This document shows, piece by piece, positions 43,261 to 57,296 of a stretch of DNA of 64,000 bases. The notes under the pieces were generated by a model. The model had not been told where the DNA came from. It saw only the letters and a list, made by a program, of their open reading frames with translations, and searched no databases. Location: positions 779,147 to 843,146 of the forward strand of contig JALDTO010000155.1 in assembly GCA_023515725.1 (NCBI GenBank), read 5' to 3'. Each line of letters starts with the position of its first letter. The stretch's first letter is position 1. The stretch is from Amoeboaphelidium protococcarum X5. Taxonomy: Eukaryota; Fungi; Aphelidiomycota. Position numbers and translations under genes: made by a program.

Positions 43261-45759
43261 TCATTTCTGCTTATCTCTGTTCATCACAATCATTAGCACA
43301 TACGCTATAACGCGAAAGACACTTCCTATCAGCAAGGCCATACATAGATCAAATGTGAACCGATTCAGTGTGTAGCCGTACAAAGACGCTGCCAGGTCTA
43401 CTTGGTAGACATTTCCGAAATTGGAGACTTCGCCGTCAAATAGAGCCTCCGACGCCCATTTAGCATAAGATATCTCCCAAATGAAATTAATGCCCCATTA
43501 AACCGCCTTTTCTTTGGTTGGGCCAAAGTAATTAAAGACTGCTGCAAAGAGACACGCCACAACTGCTAGCAATGACGCGTTCTCTCTCTGGACCAACATG
43601 GAAACTATAGCGCTAAACCCGTATACGCAGTAGTACAGAACTACAATGATGCCATACATGTTGGCAAATGAATTCAATGGACTGGCCAGAAAGTAGAACA
43701 CTGCTGTAAAATGCAGCGAAGTGACAGCAAACCGGTACAAGGCACTAATGGATTTGCCAACATAGTACGCTGATCTTGAATGTCCGGCTGCAGCTTCTCT
43801 CCAATACACAACCTTCTCTTCACCAAAAATCTTCACGGCAGCCGGAGCTCCAGAGAGACCGACAGCCATCGATACCAAGAGCCCAAGCAGTGGGATAATC
43901 CAAACTAATGGAGCAGGACTTACAAGAGTGTAAGGGCTTACATAGATGCCACGAAACATTTCACCATCTGCACCCATGACGGATAAGCCCATTAGACCAC
44001 CAGCCAGTATACAGACGCCAATCTCCAAGATCATCGAACTGACCTTCCTACTAAACTGAATTAGAGAGCGATTGTGCGCAAGTAGGGCCTACTAAAACCA
44101 TCCCGCAGAAGTACGTACTGATGTCAATTAATCCAACATCGCCATAGACTCTGATGGAACGGCACCATTACTGCGTGCCAAAGACCCAGTGGGTAAACAA
44201 GGCCACACTGAGTTGTTCTTCAACTTGAAGGATTTCAAAGGTCTAGTATTAGTGGGATTTTATGCAGTTTCCACCACCTTACCAGATGCAATCTCATGTT
44301 GTTTCCACTTTTCAACTAAATCATCCACCGTAAGAGCTTCCACTGTATTGACACCTTTACCAGAAATGATATCCATCAACACGTCGGCAGGATTCTATTT
44401 GTCGTCAAATACAAAACCAAGAGATTTGAAATACTCAACCACTTCTACTTATGGACCAATGTACACTGTTCTTCCACCACCCGCAATGAGGAGAATCTCA
44501 TCAAACTACTGAAAAATTTCGTATCTCGGTTGATGAAGCACAGCGACAACAGTGACACCAATCTGGGCGATACTCTTCAGAAGATTAGCGACCTTTAGCG
44601 CGGCAGTACTATCAAGACCAGATGTTGGTTCGTCAGCAAAGATAGCCAGTGGAGACGCGGCCAGCTCCATACCAATATTAACTCTCTTCCTCTAACCATT
44701 ACTGATACCACGTGTAGTCTCATCTCCAATGAACGAATGCTACACATGACTCAATCCCAAAGTCTCAATTACGGCATCCACATACTGGTCAATTTCAGAA
44801 TTAGACCAAGAAGACGGTAATCTTACACCAGCACTATATCTAATAGTCTCCCTCACAGTCATCTCCTGGATCATAATATCATTCTGAGGCACGTAGCCGA
44901 CAATTTTTTTGAATTCATGAATCTCCAATTACTTGCCATTGATGAGCAATTGTCCATAGGTACGCTGAACCTTCCCCATGAGCACATTCATAAACGTAGT
45001 CTTACCTGCTCCACTCGCGCCCATAATAGCAGTCAGCTTCTTACTCTTAATCTATCCACTGACACCATTCAGAATCTATTTACCATTGGGAAGAACAAGA
45101 CCAAGATTCTAAAACTCAAAATCCAAATGCAGACCAGTCTTGTCATCTTTGAATAGTTTACCAAAAGCCTTAGAGTATCCAGCTATCAGCTCTGGCGATA
45201 TATCAGCTGTTGTATCTTTGGCGTCTTCAACAACTTCCGCGGATTCCGGCGCAGCATCAGGCGTCTTTAGATCAACTTCATCAAACTGTGAAGAGATTTC
45301 GTTCATCTTCAACAGCTTACGGCGGTGCATTATAAGCAAGAAGTACAAGAAGGCCAGGGCGACATCCACAATTACGCAAAAGATCAACCCACCATAAAAT
45401 AAGACCTTCTTGGCGCCAGCGGGACAACTGGACAAAGGAGGACATTGCAGCGGCTTGACTGAACCGGTTGGACAAAATGAACCTGATGGACACGGTAGCA
45501 TAGTACTAAAATCGGGACAATAGTTGCCGGGCATGCACACAATAGGCTCATACTCACCCTATGGCTTGCATGGAGTGTTGGCGAGTCTCAACAATTAACA
45601 TTTGACATCAGGAGGACAGACTTGCGGCAGTGATTGCGCCTCTGTTTCAGTTGTGTTGGGACAGAAGAAGCCGGCGCTGCACTCATAACCGGCCGAGATA
45701 ACAATGCCAGTGACATTTGGGCCAACGTAACAACTAGGCGGTACTTATAATCCTGACAT
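43261..45759 (-). CDS. ABCG half-transporter with N-terminal Cys-rich domain (plant ABCG24/28-like architecture), 832 aa
   Basis: C..G.FCP repeats, TM, Walker [40 protein letters not shown]-terminal TMD. Confidence 0.93.
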
Positions 45760-46066
45760 GTCTCTTAAAAAAATTATATTAATTATCGACTTGAGGATGT
45801 GTACACAAATTTTTAAGACTATTAGCCGATGAACTTTATTGTTTGATTTCCAGACCAGATCTGATTCCATAATCACAAATAGGCTAAGAATAGCACTTTT
45901 ACTCTAATGTTTGACAAAGTAAATTGCGTGCGTGATTTTAAGTGTCTTTAAATTAAAGCAGTGCTGAATCTTGTGCAATACCGGGATACTTCAGATCTAT
46001 CAATTGTATTTCATTCACTTGTGCCATCTTCAAATTCAAGGCCTATACAATGGCACTCGAATAAGT

Positions 46067-46741
46067 TCAACTCCGGAGGTTATGTAGAGACAATTTTAAC
46101 TTTGATTGCGTATAATTCAATTCTTACTCAAGCTCCTGTAGTTCTTGATCGAGGTGTGTCGAATCATATATGTCCCCTCTGGTGAATGGAATATTATGTT
46201 TTTAATGATAGATTATTGACTATACTTTGGCGTGCCAGCGATCTCTAATACGCATTTTGGTGAATTAGATCTTATCCTCAAGATCTTTGATGGATTACTC
46301 AAGAAATTCGCACTGTCTTGTCAGTCTTTCTCTATCTTTCTCTATGGATGGCACAACTTCATGATATTAATGAGATGCAGCGTCGCGTTTAAACGAACCT
46401 CCTTGGATTTACTCATTGCTGGTTCTTGTTGGATCACTCAGAGTCCCAGGATTAGATTCATCAGTAGGAAGATCGGAGTGTCCAGGCCCCAAATCAGCAT
46501 AATCATTAATATTGCCGCCGTCAGAAGCTGTCTTTTCCCATTTATAATTTAGTTCATCGTCTGCCTGTTCTTTAATGCCATAAAATTCATTAAAGCGCCG
46601 ATCATCATTGCAGTAATCATCTTCAAATTCTAAATCTAGAACGGATCCAACCATACTACAAGTCTACCTTGGCAGTGACGAGACACTGTCAGTAATCGCC
46701 AGAAGAAGTACACTGAAGAGTATAATTAAATGATAATTCAT
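46067..46741 (-). CDS. Hypothetical secreted protein with acidic region and coiled coils, 224 aa
   Basis: Signal-like MNYHLIILFSVLLLAITDSVSS; open in table 6 to TGA. Confidence 0.55.
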
Positions 46742-46962
46742 CGCGTTGAATCGAGCTTCTTATTCTGTTCAGCTATGTTTTACTTTTAACTTTTAGTAGT
46801 TAGGAGCGTGGGAAAATTCTGATTGTCGATTGCTTTGATGTGATGGTCTTACTACTCCTGAAAGCTTTTAATTGCTGGATCTTTTACAATGCTAAGCTCG
46901 CCATAGTAACTAAAAGATATAACGAAAAGCATTAACTTTTATCACGTGAGTTTATATAGTAT

Positions 46963-48447
46963 TCAATCTTGTCCTTTGCGAGACTATAATGAATTGTTTA
47001 TACTCATCAATTTGCCTTTGATTTCTGCAATGGAAGGACGTTGAGCGGGATCTTGATTCCAACAACGAGAGATCAATTCCAGCATGAAACTAGTCTGTGG
47101 ATTCTTGGCAGCCATTTCTACTATCTGTGCAGGAATATGCGGTCTTTTGCCGGCACACACTGCATTGATAATTTCACCTTGAGGCATCTTGTGCCAAGGA
47201 TGTTTACGCGTTGCCATTTCGAAAAGTAGAAGACCAAACGCGTAAACGTCAACTGCGAGAGGTATCTTCTCCACCTTCTCCAGTGGGTCATTTCTAACCT
47301 CCATCAGAAGCTCCGGAGGACAATAATGGATAGATGCACCTTCTAGCTGGGATTTTCTGAATGCTTTAACTCCCAGCAACTCTTCACTATGCACCGATGA
47401 GATACTGAAATCACAAATTACACCAACTGGCTACTGAAGATAATCAAAGTCAATCAACACGTTATCCGGCTTTACGTCGTTGTGTGCAATTTTACGAGAG
47501 TGCAATTCAAAGAGCGCGGACGCAATATCTTCACCAAGCTTAAGCACCAGATAGAAATTGTACTTTATGTTGGGAATTGACTTTTTACCGTAAATCAAAT
47601 TAGCCAAACTTCCAAATTCATACAGCTTTGTCACAGTGACCAGAGGTTAATGAGAATAGCCAACCAGCTGAATGAAATTAGGATGACCATCAAAATGCCA
47701 CATCAACGCCACCTCCTGGTCAAACACAATTCTATTCTCCTCCTCTGATATGCTCTACGGCGGCTTGATCAACTTTATTGCAACGCGGTTAATGCGTGGA
47801 AATCGTGCACGAATATTTTCACTCAGCAAGAGACCTTCGTACACCTCACCGAATCCACCTTGTGCAATCACTTTCGATTTATCCACATCCTTGGTGATGT
47901 CAATCTATAAGAATCCCGGAATATTCAGTGGCGCTTCTGCATCAGCATTGTACATTGTACCAGCAGTTACAGTCTGCACAATGGTAGCGTCATAAATAGT
48001 CCCTTCAAATCCAACATCATGTTACTTGGTCAATTACTGCAGTGTCGCATTTTCGGTACGATTTGCGCTCTTTTCAACGACTACTTGCGGGGATGCGCTT
48101 TACTTATTAGACTTGGACTTCTGCTAAGATGAACCAGCTGATTTTAGTCGTTTCTATTGTTACAGCGGTGACTATCTCGAATCGGAGGAAGATTAACGTT
48201 ATCTGCGTCTACGATTATTTCGTATTAGACAGAATACAATTACACCTATAATCAACGCTCCAACTGCAGACCCAGCGATTGCAATAATTATTGTGTTTGC
48301 AGGCGAAAATACATCGTCCAATATGTTTCTACTTTCACCAGTTGGCAACAGGGAAGTGGTAGTCGTAACGGATTACGACATTGATTGTCCTAGAAGCAAC
48401 AGTGCGATGTATCCACACCACACTTCTACCTTGCGCGATATCACCAT
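46963..48447 (-). CDS. Receptor-like TKL kinase (signal peptide, short Thr-rich ectodomain, TM, kinase), 494 aa
   Basis: TM IIIAIAGSAVGALIIGVIVFCLI then R-rich stretch, AQGGFGEVY, VAIK, FDQEVALMW, HNDVKPDNVL, DFS, YCPPE, DVYAFG. Confidence 0.88.
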
Positions 48448-48723
48448 TGTATTATATATTGCGGATAAGGATTGTATTACTTGTGCTTTGATAATAGTAG
48501 AAGGAAATTAAGTTGGTTTTTTAGGCTGGACTAAAAGGTTATAAATAGCAATTCGAATTCACATACAGTACATTGCAAGTGGCACTTGGCGGAGAATTTA
48601 AACTCATCAATACGTAACAAATATTACAAAGTAGATAATCAAGTATAAAGTATTCAAAATATATTAACAATTTTTAAGACACGGCGCGTCACTGTTCACA
48701 TTTACCATAAAAAGGCAGCACTG

Positions 48724-51030
48724 TCAAAGAATAGGATGATCCATTTCCAAGTCCTTCATATTGTCAAACGAACTTCCTCTGGGTAGACTTTATCGAGATG
48801 AGATCTCAAGTCCAGTAGATGGCTACTACTATTACGATTATTATTATTATTACTACAGCTGAAGTACAGATGTGGAAGAGGAAGAGCCACCGAAACTTTC
48901 CATGTATGAATTGAGCAAGAAATCATACTCTTCATCCTTCTTCCACAGCAGCACTCTGTAAATCAAGAAAGGAGTGATTAGACGTTAATCTGCAGCACCG
49001 TCATCCAGAGTCTATGCAACCTCATCCGGATCTTCATTAATTTCCTCTTCAATGAGAAGGACCGCATCATCCACCATCTTTTTCAGAAACATCTTGACTG
49101 CGGATGTGAATAGAGTCAGCGTATCTGGTCTCATATAATTATAACCATCCACAATGGCGCGAGAATCTTTACCTGAGAGCTAAAGTTGCAATGAGAATAC
49201 ATTGCTCGCTTCTGACAGCACATTCCATATATCTTGACCAGAGTTAGCATTTGCACCACTTTATAATGAGCCAGGCATTGACTAATCTAATAAATACGAG
49301 CACTGAGACTCCAGAGGATTGGATAAAAACTTGTTCAGAAGAGGATATAACGTTTTCATGTTCGGTGCTTCGTACTCTTCATTCTAACTGCAATTTTGCA
49401 ATTCATCAAAAGTCTAATATATCAGCTGAGGAGTAGAAAGACTGATGAGTTTATTGCGCACTTTCCACTTCTTGTTGAGAGGTCGCATCTTGCACACATT
49501 CTAGTGACTAAAACACCTCTATTAACCATCTAGTTCAGCAGTTGAGGTGAACCTGATACCACAATATATACAATAAACAGCCTCATCTACATGGCGTCTA
49601 CTTTAGAAAGATCCAATAGCCACTGGAACATTAACATCAAACTAATCTTCAGCAGCATCACTACTAAGCATAGTTTCAGAGTGATTACTAATGCTAGAGG
49701 ACATTTAAGTGAGGAGGCTAACAGATGGAATGACGAAATCTTGATGTTGTACACCATTCTAATAGATCATAGGCTATGGAATGTGCAAATCTCTGGACAA
49801 GTTTACGACTAATCTCTAATGAACCAAATTGATAAGCTTCTCCTAATCACAATCCTCAACAGAAGACACCTTAAATTTCTAAATAAATTCAAAGGGTTTC
49901 CCGCACTCTTTTCCGTCGATAGACTTGAACTGAATACGAATACGCGCCGTGAAATCTTGAGCAGTTTCCACCACAACCTTCAGTGGCTATTTTGAGAGAT
50001 AAACAACATCTTTCTACTTGTCGTCACAGAATAACCGGATGCTGATAGACTAAATGATGGCCATGAGAGGAGATTATTGCTAGTCTGCACAGCCATGCTC
50101 AGTGAATGTGATCAAGAGTTTAAACACTTCATCCACCTTGCGCGCAGTACACTCCAACATTAGCACTTTATTCTAGTACATGCTGGACTTACTGAATAAA
50201 GCCACATCATTCATCGCGTTGATATCTTGATTACTACCATTTATATTGATCGACGTAATTCTAGGAGAACTTCCACCAGACTACACATCAATGGAACTCA
50301 CCACGGATAGTTCATCAGACTAATGATCTTCATCAACTTCCATACGGTTATCCTAATTAATTTGAGGGCGACTTTCGATGGCAATAGATTAAACTTGGTC
50401 ATGAAGATTATTAAGGATAGAATTCTACCGCTAAATATGATGATTCTCCAATGAATTTTTGTTCAGTTTAATAACCAACTTTGGCCTGATAGCCTCAGAC
50501 GATGATGCCACTACATTGGGCAACTTGAGTTTAATGATGCGAGACTTGATTGCGTGTAACCGCGGTCTTCCAGGCCTTCTCTTCTATTACTACTATTATT
50601 ATAATGGTCTAGGCGTTACTTCCACGGCATTAAAACTACTTACTGAAGATGAATCAAACGTAAACAAACTTTCGCCAACTGCAGATCTACCAACTTTGGA
50701 TGATGATGAGTGACTACGAAGAAACAGACCCTCTTCTCTACCATAAGACTAACTATTAATACCATGTGCCTAGTCAGCTCTGAAACTATAATCCAATTCA
50801 AGATGCTGCTTAATGAGTAACGGTGAATTAATATGAGGTGATTATCGACAGCTCTTACGCAACAGCTCACCAAGAGTCTACAGAATCAATTCACCTCTAC
50901 CAATTTCCGCCTCAATCTACCTGATATGCCTCTTCTAAATCAACAACTCATAATCAAACTCTCTCTCTATAATTTTCTGCATCCTAGCAATCTTTTCATC
51001 CTCATTCTTTTACGCCGAAGTGTCTTCCAT
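48724..51030 (-). CDS. YEATS2-like chromatin protein (N-terminal coiled coil, degenerate YEATS, C-terminal histone fold), 768 aa
   Basis: IIEREFDYELLIQKRHIRQIEAEI; C-terminal RLITPFLIYRVL..EYDFLLN. Confidence 0.6.
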
Positions 51031-51780
51031 CACAATTTAGTACACCTCTATATTAGTCGGTATTGTACTAATTCTAAAATCTATTGACTGCAGGAATAAT
51101 AATAAGACTATGATGATGGCAGATCTGATGACAGGCAAATACCACCGGCCAGATCTAATTTTTAAATTCAGTAACTCTTTGCCGAGCTTGCAAGTAAAGT
51201 GAATGAATGAATGAAATGAGGAGAGAGAGAGAGAGCGAGAAACAGGAAATGGCGCCTCCTCGTCGTCATTTTGCAAAACTTACCCCGTACCGTGCGTGCC
51301 GTGTGTGTTTCGGTGTGAGTGATCGCGCGCGTTTGTTTCTTTGTTTGCAGTTTCAAAAAAGATTTGAGCCTTTTTCACACACACACACACGCACGCAGAC
51401 CGCTCGAGAAGAGTCACACGCCTCACTTAATCGTTTCAACATCGGCATATATATGATAACTGAAAGTCTGTAGGTATTTTGATCTTTCTTTATTTCATAG
51501 AGCTTGCATTCATCTGGTAGGTAGTCGTTGCATGCTTCTTCGAATATATTTTCTTGCATTTGCATGTGGTTACATTGATTCTGAATGCAACACTAGATTA
51601 CATACGGAAGCGTAAGATCTGCTATTGTCCAATCAAAACTCGCCATCACCAAGACGCGTCGATTTGGAACGTGATTTGTTGCTGGCGTTGAGTGAATGCT
51701 ACATCGTTAGTTGAGCAATTACCTCTTTATTGGTTATAATTTAAACACAATTTATCAGGTAATAAATAGATTTGATAGAG

Positions 51781-54051
51781 ATGCAATTATAACAGAGAGA
51801 CGTGGATCTACTGGAGAAAGATTTAAAGTAATTGAATGAGTATGTCAAGGCATCTAATGCTGCGTACAAATCAATAATGCGGACAATCCATCACGCGTTG
51901 GAGTTCAAACAAGAAGAATTGACGCGACGATCAAAAATTTTGCTTAAATTGAAGGAAGTGGACTATGCGCAGTTATTACAATGTGCTCCGTCCATAGCTA
52001 CCTGGTTTAAAGTGGAGAGGAAAGAGTTGTAGACGTTATTTGCAGAGTAGGCGTACTCTAGTGCTACATCTCCGCGAGAGTCTGTAGCCAAATGGAATTC
52101 TCTTGAGGATGCTTGTAATGTTGAGTTGACGGTCACCTCCGCCCTGTAGGATCGCATAGATTCCTGTCATAAAATGATAAAGTAATTTGAAAGGGAGACC
52201 GTGCCTAATCTGTTGGAATTGGCGAAATATAGTTTGTCACTTGCGTCGGGTGAGCATTCTATTGCCTAATAATAACTAAATCATTAGATTGAGAATTTGC
52301 TATTACAGCATGAAACGATCCTCAATGATTTTGATAAGGATCTGAGTATTACGGTGGATGAAATATCGAATGATAAGCTGCCTTTTGGCGAATTGATACT
52401 GACTGCAGAGTACGCTTTTATTCTTGTTGAAAGCCTGAAGAAGGACAAGTCTACCATGGTGGATGGTTATAAGAGAGCTGTTCACTAATGTTAGTCTATT
52501 CTAGTGAAGTAACTAATGGAAGCTACCGCGAGTCCAATTTTGAGAACTCCTGAGTCTGCTTTTGACATTGCTTTATAATATGGATCTCCTACCCCATGTT
52601 CATCTGATCTTGATATTCCTCAAGAATTTGAAATCATGGATGATGAGATTAGCTGTGTCGATAGTATCGCTGCTCCCAGACTAGCTATTGTTCGTGCCAA
52701 AAAGCCTCATCAAGTCAGTAGCAAATTAACTGGCACCGTTGACGCGCTATATTCAGACGAGTTGAAGTTTTAGATTGGAGATTATTTGTACGTTTTGGAG
52801 TGGGGTAATGATTAGAATGTGCCGCGTCACAACGATTCCAGCAAGTCTCAGCATGGGTTATGGTGGTACTGCGAAGATGAAGACGGTAATTTTGGCAGAG
52901 TATGGAATCCACGTAGCTGTTTATCAATTGAGAAATTTCTGCATCATGATGATGATAATTAGGAGCCGGCAGATACTCTAAGTGATTTTTAAACGGCAAG
53001 CAATCTAGTTGTCACGGAAGTTTAGTCAGAAGTTGGTGTTCCATCTGGTCGTAAGAAATCCATCTTATAAGTCTCAATGCGTAATCGCTGGGATAACGGT
53101 GGTCGAGAGGAACTGTCACTTCTATAAGAGATTTAGCAAAAGAAGATTTAAAGTTTTAGAGATGCTGATGACACAATGTCTGATTTTGTAACTTCTACAC
53201 CTCAGCGTAAGGTGGTTCAAGAATCTTCTGACTTGCGTCGTAAAATGCAGATTAATCTGTTGGCTTCGCGCAAGAAAGCATCTGGTGATTTTATTTAATG
53301 CGATCAGTCGAGTCAGTTTATGCTCCCATAGGATAACGAAAGCACGTCAAAGAAACATAAAGCTGTGCTATTCGATCTCGCCAAAAGCAACTCCCCTCCT
53401 GACACCAGGGATCCAAGACTGAATTGGACAAGTTAGATATTCCGGGTTAATACTGATTATGTTCCTCGCCTGGTCATGGTGTGCGTCAACTTTCTTATAA
53501 AAGAAGAGCGGCTGAGTGTTGATGGTCTATTCAAAGTATCGGGAAATAAGAGTGACATTGAGAAATGGTTCAATCATTACGAGCAGACTGGTCAAATTAG
53601 CGTTCGCGACCTGTAAGAGCCTACTGATGCTGCAGCGCTGTTGAGACTCTGGTGTCATAAAACGCATTTGTGTGTCATCAAATCGAAACTGCTATAGCAA
53701 TTGAATGCTGTTTACTCTTCACAGCAAGATTCAAGTACCGTGATTAGAAAAGTCAAAACTCTCCTAAATGATCCTCAAGTGACGTCTCCTCCAGAGTTTA
53801 ACACGCTCAAGTTTATTGTTGGCTTTTTCGTGCACATGATTGCCTATCAGTCTGTGCACATCAAGGAAGGAAGTAAGCGGATGAATAAACGCACTATAGC
53901 ACGCATATTTGGCCCGAGTCTATTTTGCAATGAGTACAGTCTCAAGAGAGCTGGAGTAAATTAAAATCAGAAGAGTGGACTAATGTCGGTCATCATTGCA
54001 TCCACCATTCTCGAGTCATGGATCGCAAAGTACGAGAAGATATTTTTATGA
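51781..54051 (+). CDS. Helical (BAR/F-BAR-like), SH3 and RhoGAP protein, 756 aa
   Basis: N-terminal coiled coils, SH3 ALYSDELKFQIGD..WW..G, RhoGAP VPRLVMVCV, DGLFKVSG, DAAALLRLW, RMNKRTIARIFGPSL. Confidence 0.8.
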
Positions 54052-54117
54052 ATTATGATTGATGATGAAGCTTGGATATAATACTAGATGCAATTAAAAA
54101 ATACTGTAATACGACGA

Positions 54118-55551
54118 TCAATTTTCATCAAGTTTTACAACTTTAACTTTATCGTCCGCCAACTACTCATCAGATAAGCGCTTCACTTGCACTTGAGAAC
54201 GGTCATCTTGGCCAGACTTTAGCTTGAACGAGACGCAAAACATATCTTTATTAGGAGCTACAGTTCGCACATGATGAAGTAGCTAAATGTCAAAAAGAGA
54301 ACGCGGTAAACTGAGAGATTTCTCCATTCGACCAATGATATCTTCCCTGGCATCTGTAACATTCTTGGTAAAACAGTGACAATGGACGGTCACATTTGGC
54401 ATTTATCCACCATTACTGCGATAAAAGTCACCAATGACATCCAAGAACTCTATCGCTATAGCTGGTAAATTCATAATCATATGTATAGTATTATTGTTAT
54501 TGCCATCAGCTAATAGTTTAGGAAGATATCGACGCATGAAATGTCGTCCATCTTCATTAGAGATTCTCAGTAAAGATGCAGACTTTCGCAATCCACTACT
54601 TGGAGCGGCTTCAGAACTTTTCTATAACGAATCACCATCAACAATTAGGTCTTCATCAAAATTGAGTTTATTCAAAATTGCATTCTATTTGAGCCATCGG
54701 ATGGAATCTGGATTCAAGTCATTGGCATAGACGCGATGCCTCAGCTTGGTCAGGGGAATTGAGAAGGGACCAACACCACAAAACACGTCAAGCACTGTAG
54801 ATGATTTATCACAGCTATGAATAAGCTTTGACAATCGCTCGTGTTCATGGCCCAGGCGAGAGTTCCAATAGACGCGTCTATAATCAAACTTGAATCGGCA
54901 GTTATTTTCAGACACCATACACTCAAACGATATATCATCCGGATTAGAGGCAGCCAACACCTCCATATCAAATGTTCTGAATGTACTTTCAATTTTACCA
55001 ACCTTTCTCACAATTAGACTAGCATTAGAAGTCTTTTCAAGCAGTATTGTGCCAATAACAAATCTATATCGATGCAGAGGTGAATCGTCGCCCAGGTTCA
55101 GATGAGCAATATGACCAACATGTTCATATGAACAACCAAACTACAAACTGTCATCTTGAGAGTGAGTTTACACAAAGCAATTGATCAAGTCTTGAGCGTT
55201 AAAGTGTTCAAAATCAAATTTAAGCGGTTAGTTTTAAATCTGCGCGTCACTGAGCCATTACAACGATGATTCCAATTACTCCTTCGGCAGAGATTTAATT
55301 CCCTCTTTGAGAAGCACCAGTTTATTCTCTTTATCGTAGGCCTGCACTGACTAAACGCCCTTGATATTCAATGTCAACTGCTTTGAAGACAGAGATTTCA
55401 ACACGGCTTGTACTTTATTAACGGGCGTGACTATACCAGCGACATCCACAGTAACTGGAGTAAACGCGTCTTTAATTTCCTTTATAGATACACTCACCAA
55501 ATTTATTTATTAAATACGCGCTTTATCAAACTTTGGAGCAATGTGCACCAT
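54118..55551 (-). CDS. TRM5: tRNA (guanine-37 N1)-methyltransferase Trm5, 477 aa
   Basis: VGHIAHLNL, FRTFDMEVLA, VYWNSRLGHEH, DVFCGVGPF, ANDLNP, IMNLPA, VRTVAPNK. Confidence 0.95.
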
Positions 55552-55711
55552 ATTCTATATCGACCTTCTTATGAATGATATTTTGATAGATATGCAATAC
55601 TTGTAACTTTTTACTCGGCGGAAAATACACGGTAAAAATGAAGGAGATTAAACAGAGAACACCCGAGACTATCGCCCAGAGTGTTATTACAAAGCAATGT
55701 CAGATTATTAT

Positions 55712-56953
55712 TCATTTATATTCAACTTCATTTAGATTAAAAGTAAACTTTATAAACTTTCGCCATGAAAGTAGGAGGAGGATGAGTTTGAAGATGAGGC
55801 TGTAGATTGGATACTGGCCTTGATTATTGTATTCATCATACAACATTCCAAGAGTTCCAAGTAAACTCAGAGAGCTGATATCGAGCACTCGAATGGCCAC
55901 TGGGAGAGCACCGCATATCAAGAGGATGAGAAATGAATTAACGAGGCCTCCCAATTATGAGGACCACTTTAATGATGATTATGATGATGCGGCCGCTGCA
56001 TGACTATCCAATGACGCGATTATCCAACTGGAGATCGTCACTGCGGATAGTGAGACGGAGAATACAAATTCCATAAAGACGCCAAACATTCCCAAATAGG
56101 AACTAGTGCTAGTAAGTATGGACTCTATCTATTTGGCCCGCAGATCTTCATATTAATAGAGTAGAACATTTCGTCCCTTTTACGATGCAAAAACAGATCT
56201 GTATAACACTTGCAGCATTGAAAACAGGCCATACACAGAGTTTAAGCACAACTAGCAGACCATGAGAACACTAACGACAATGAGTATCAACGTAAGCAAT
56301 GCATTAAGCACAGATAAACGCGTTTTACTCTCCGTTATATACTCATGCTTTATGGATACATTTTGATACACATTGGCAGATAGTCATCGCAGGATATGGG
56401 CAAAGCTTTTGGGAACAAGGTACAGAAAGTAGCAGAGTGAGCCAATCATTGTCATAATGTGGATAAAGTCAATAGTCTGCATCTCTGATTCCCTCAACAA
56501 TAATCTCAATATAGTGACGGCAATATAAATCAACAGCCATAGCATCAGAGTTACTCTACCAGCTTCCAAATATTTCTGCCGACCTGTGGACACGGACTCC
56601 AAATGAAAATAAGAAAATGGTGTCAGAACAATGATACTAAATAGCTATGTCCAGTACACAACGTTCCATATAGATATCATGAGAGAAGAGTCTAGCCACG
56701 TAATCCAGGATATAGTACTAAAGTTCAGAATGATATACTTGGCAATTATGGATGACGGGACAAGAAGAAGAGAACATGCGGCAACAGTCAAGTTGAATGC
56801 TACTACATATCGAAGTAGTCGGAATTAAGATGCCCAATGCAATCTTGATCTCAATCGATACAACACACTAAACACTAGCAAGTATATACTGAGAAAACTA
56901 ATCGATATGATAATAGTCTCTCTACTATACTCGTAAAATAAAACTTCAGACAT
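55712..56953 (-). CDS. LMBR1/LMBR1L-like multi-pass membrane protein, 413 aa
   Basis: RETIIISISFL, LLLVPSSII, WITWLDSSLMISIWN, LTPFSYFHLES, ALPVAIRVL. Confidence 0.75.
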
Positions 56954-57296
56954 GATGAGCAGTTTTTACACCAAGGCGATGTTGACTTGAACAGAATAAA
57001 CGGTTAAAACAACGACGAAATGCATTTTTAGGCCGCGCGCGTAACGTTTCAAAGATCGGTCTGATGCAAAAAGCAGTGAATTACAGTAGGTAGCTATTAA
57101 ATGTCCGGATACAAAAATTTAGATCGGGCTCTTTATGATTGATCGATTCGTCTGGGTTTTCGAAATGAGAATTTTAACCTCTTAGCACTAAACGAATCAA
57201 GTGCGTCAAAAATTAATATTGGTATATAGTGGAGATGGCTAAACTTGATGGTATAAAAGAACGCGATACTTATTAAACTGAAATGCAAAAAAGCAA

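Noticed and set aside
51037-51565. Several short overlapping ORFs in the track
   Set aside because: Divergent promoter region with GA and CA microsatellites; peptides are low-complexity artefacts
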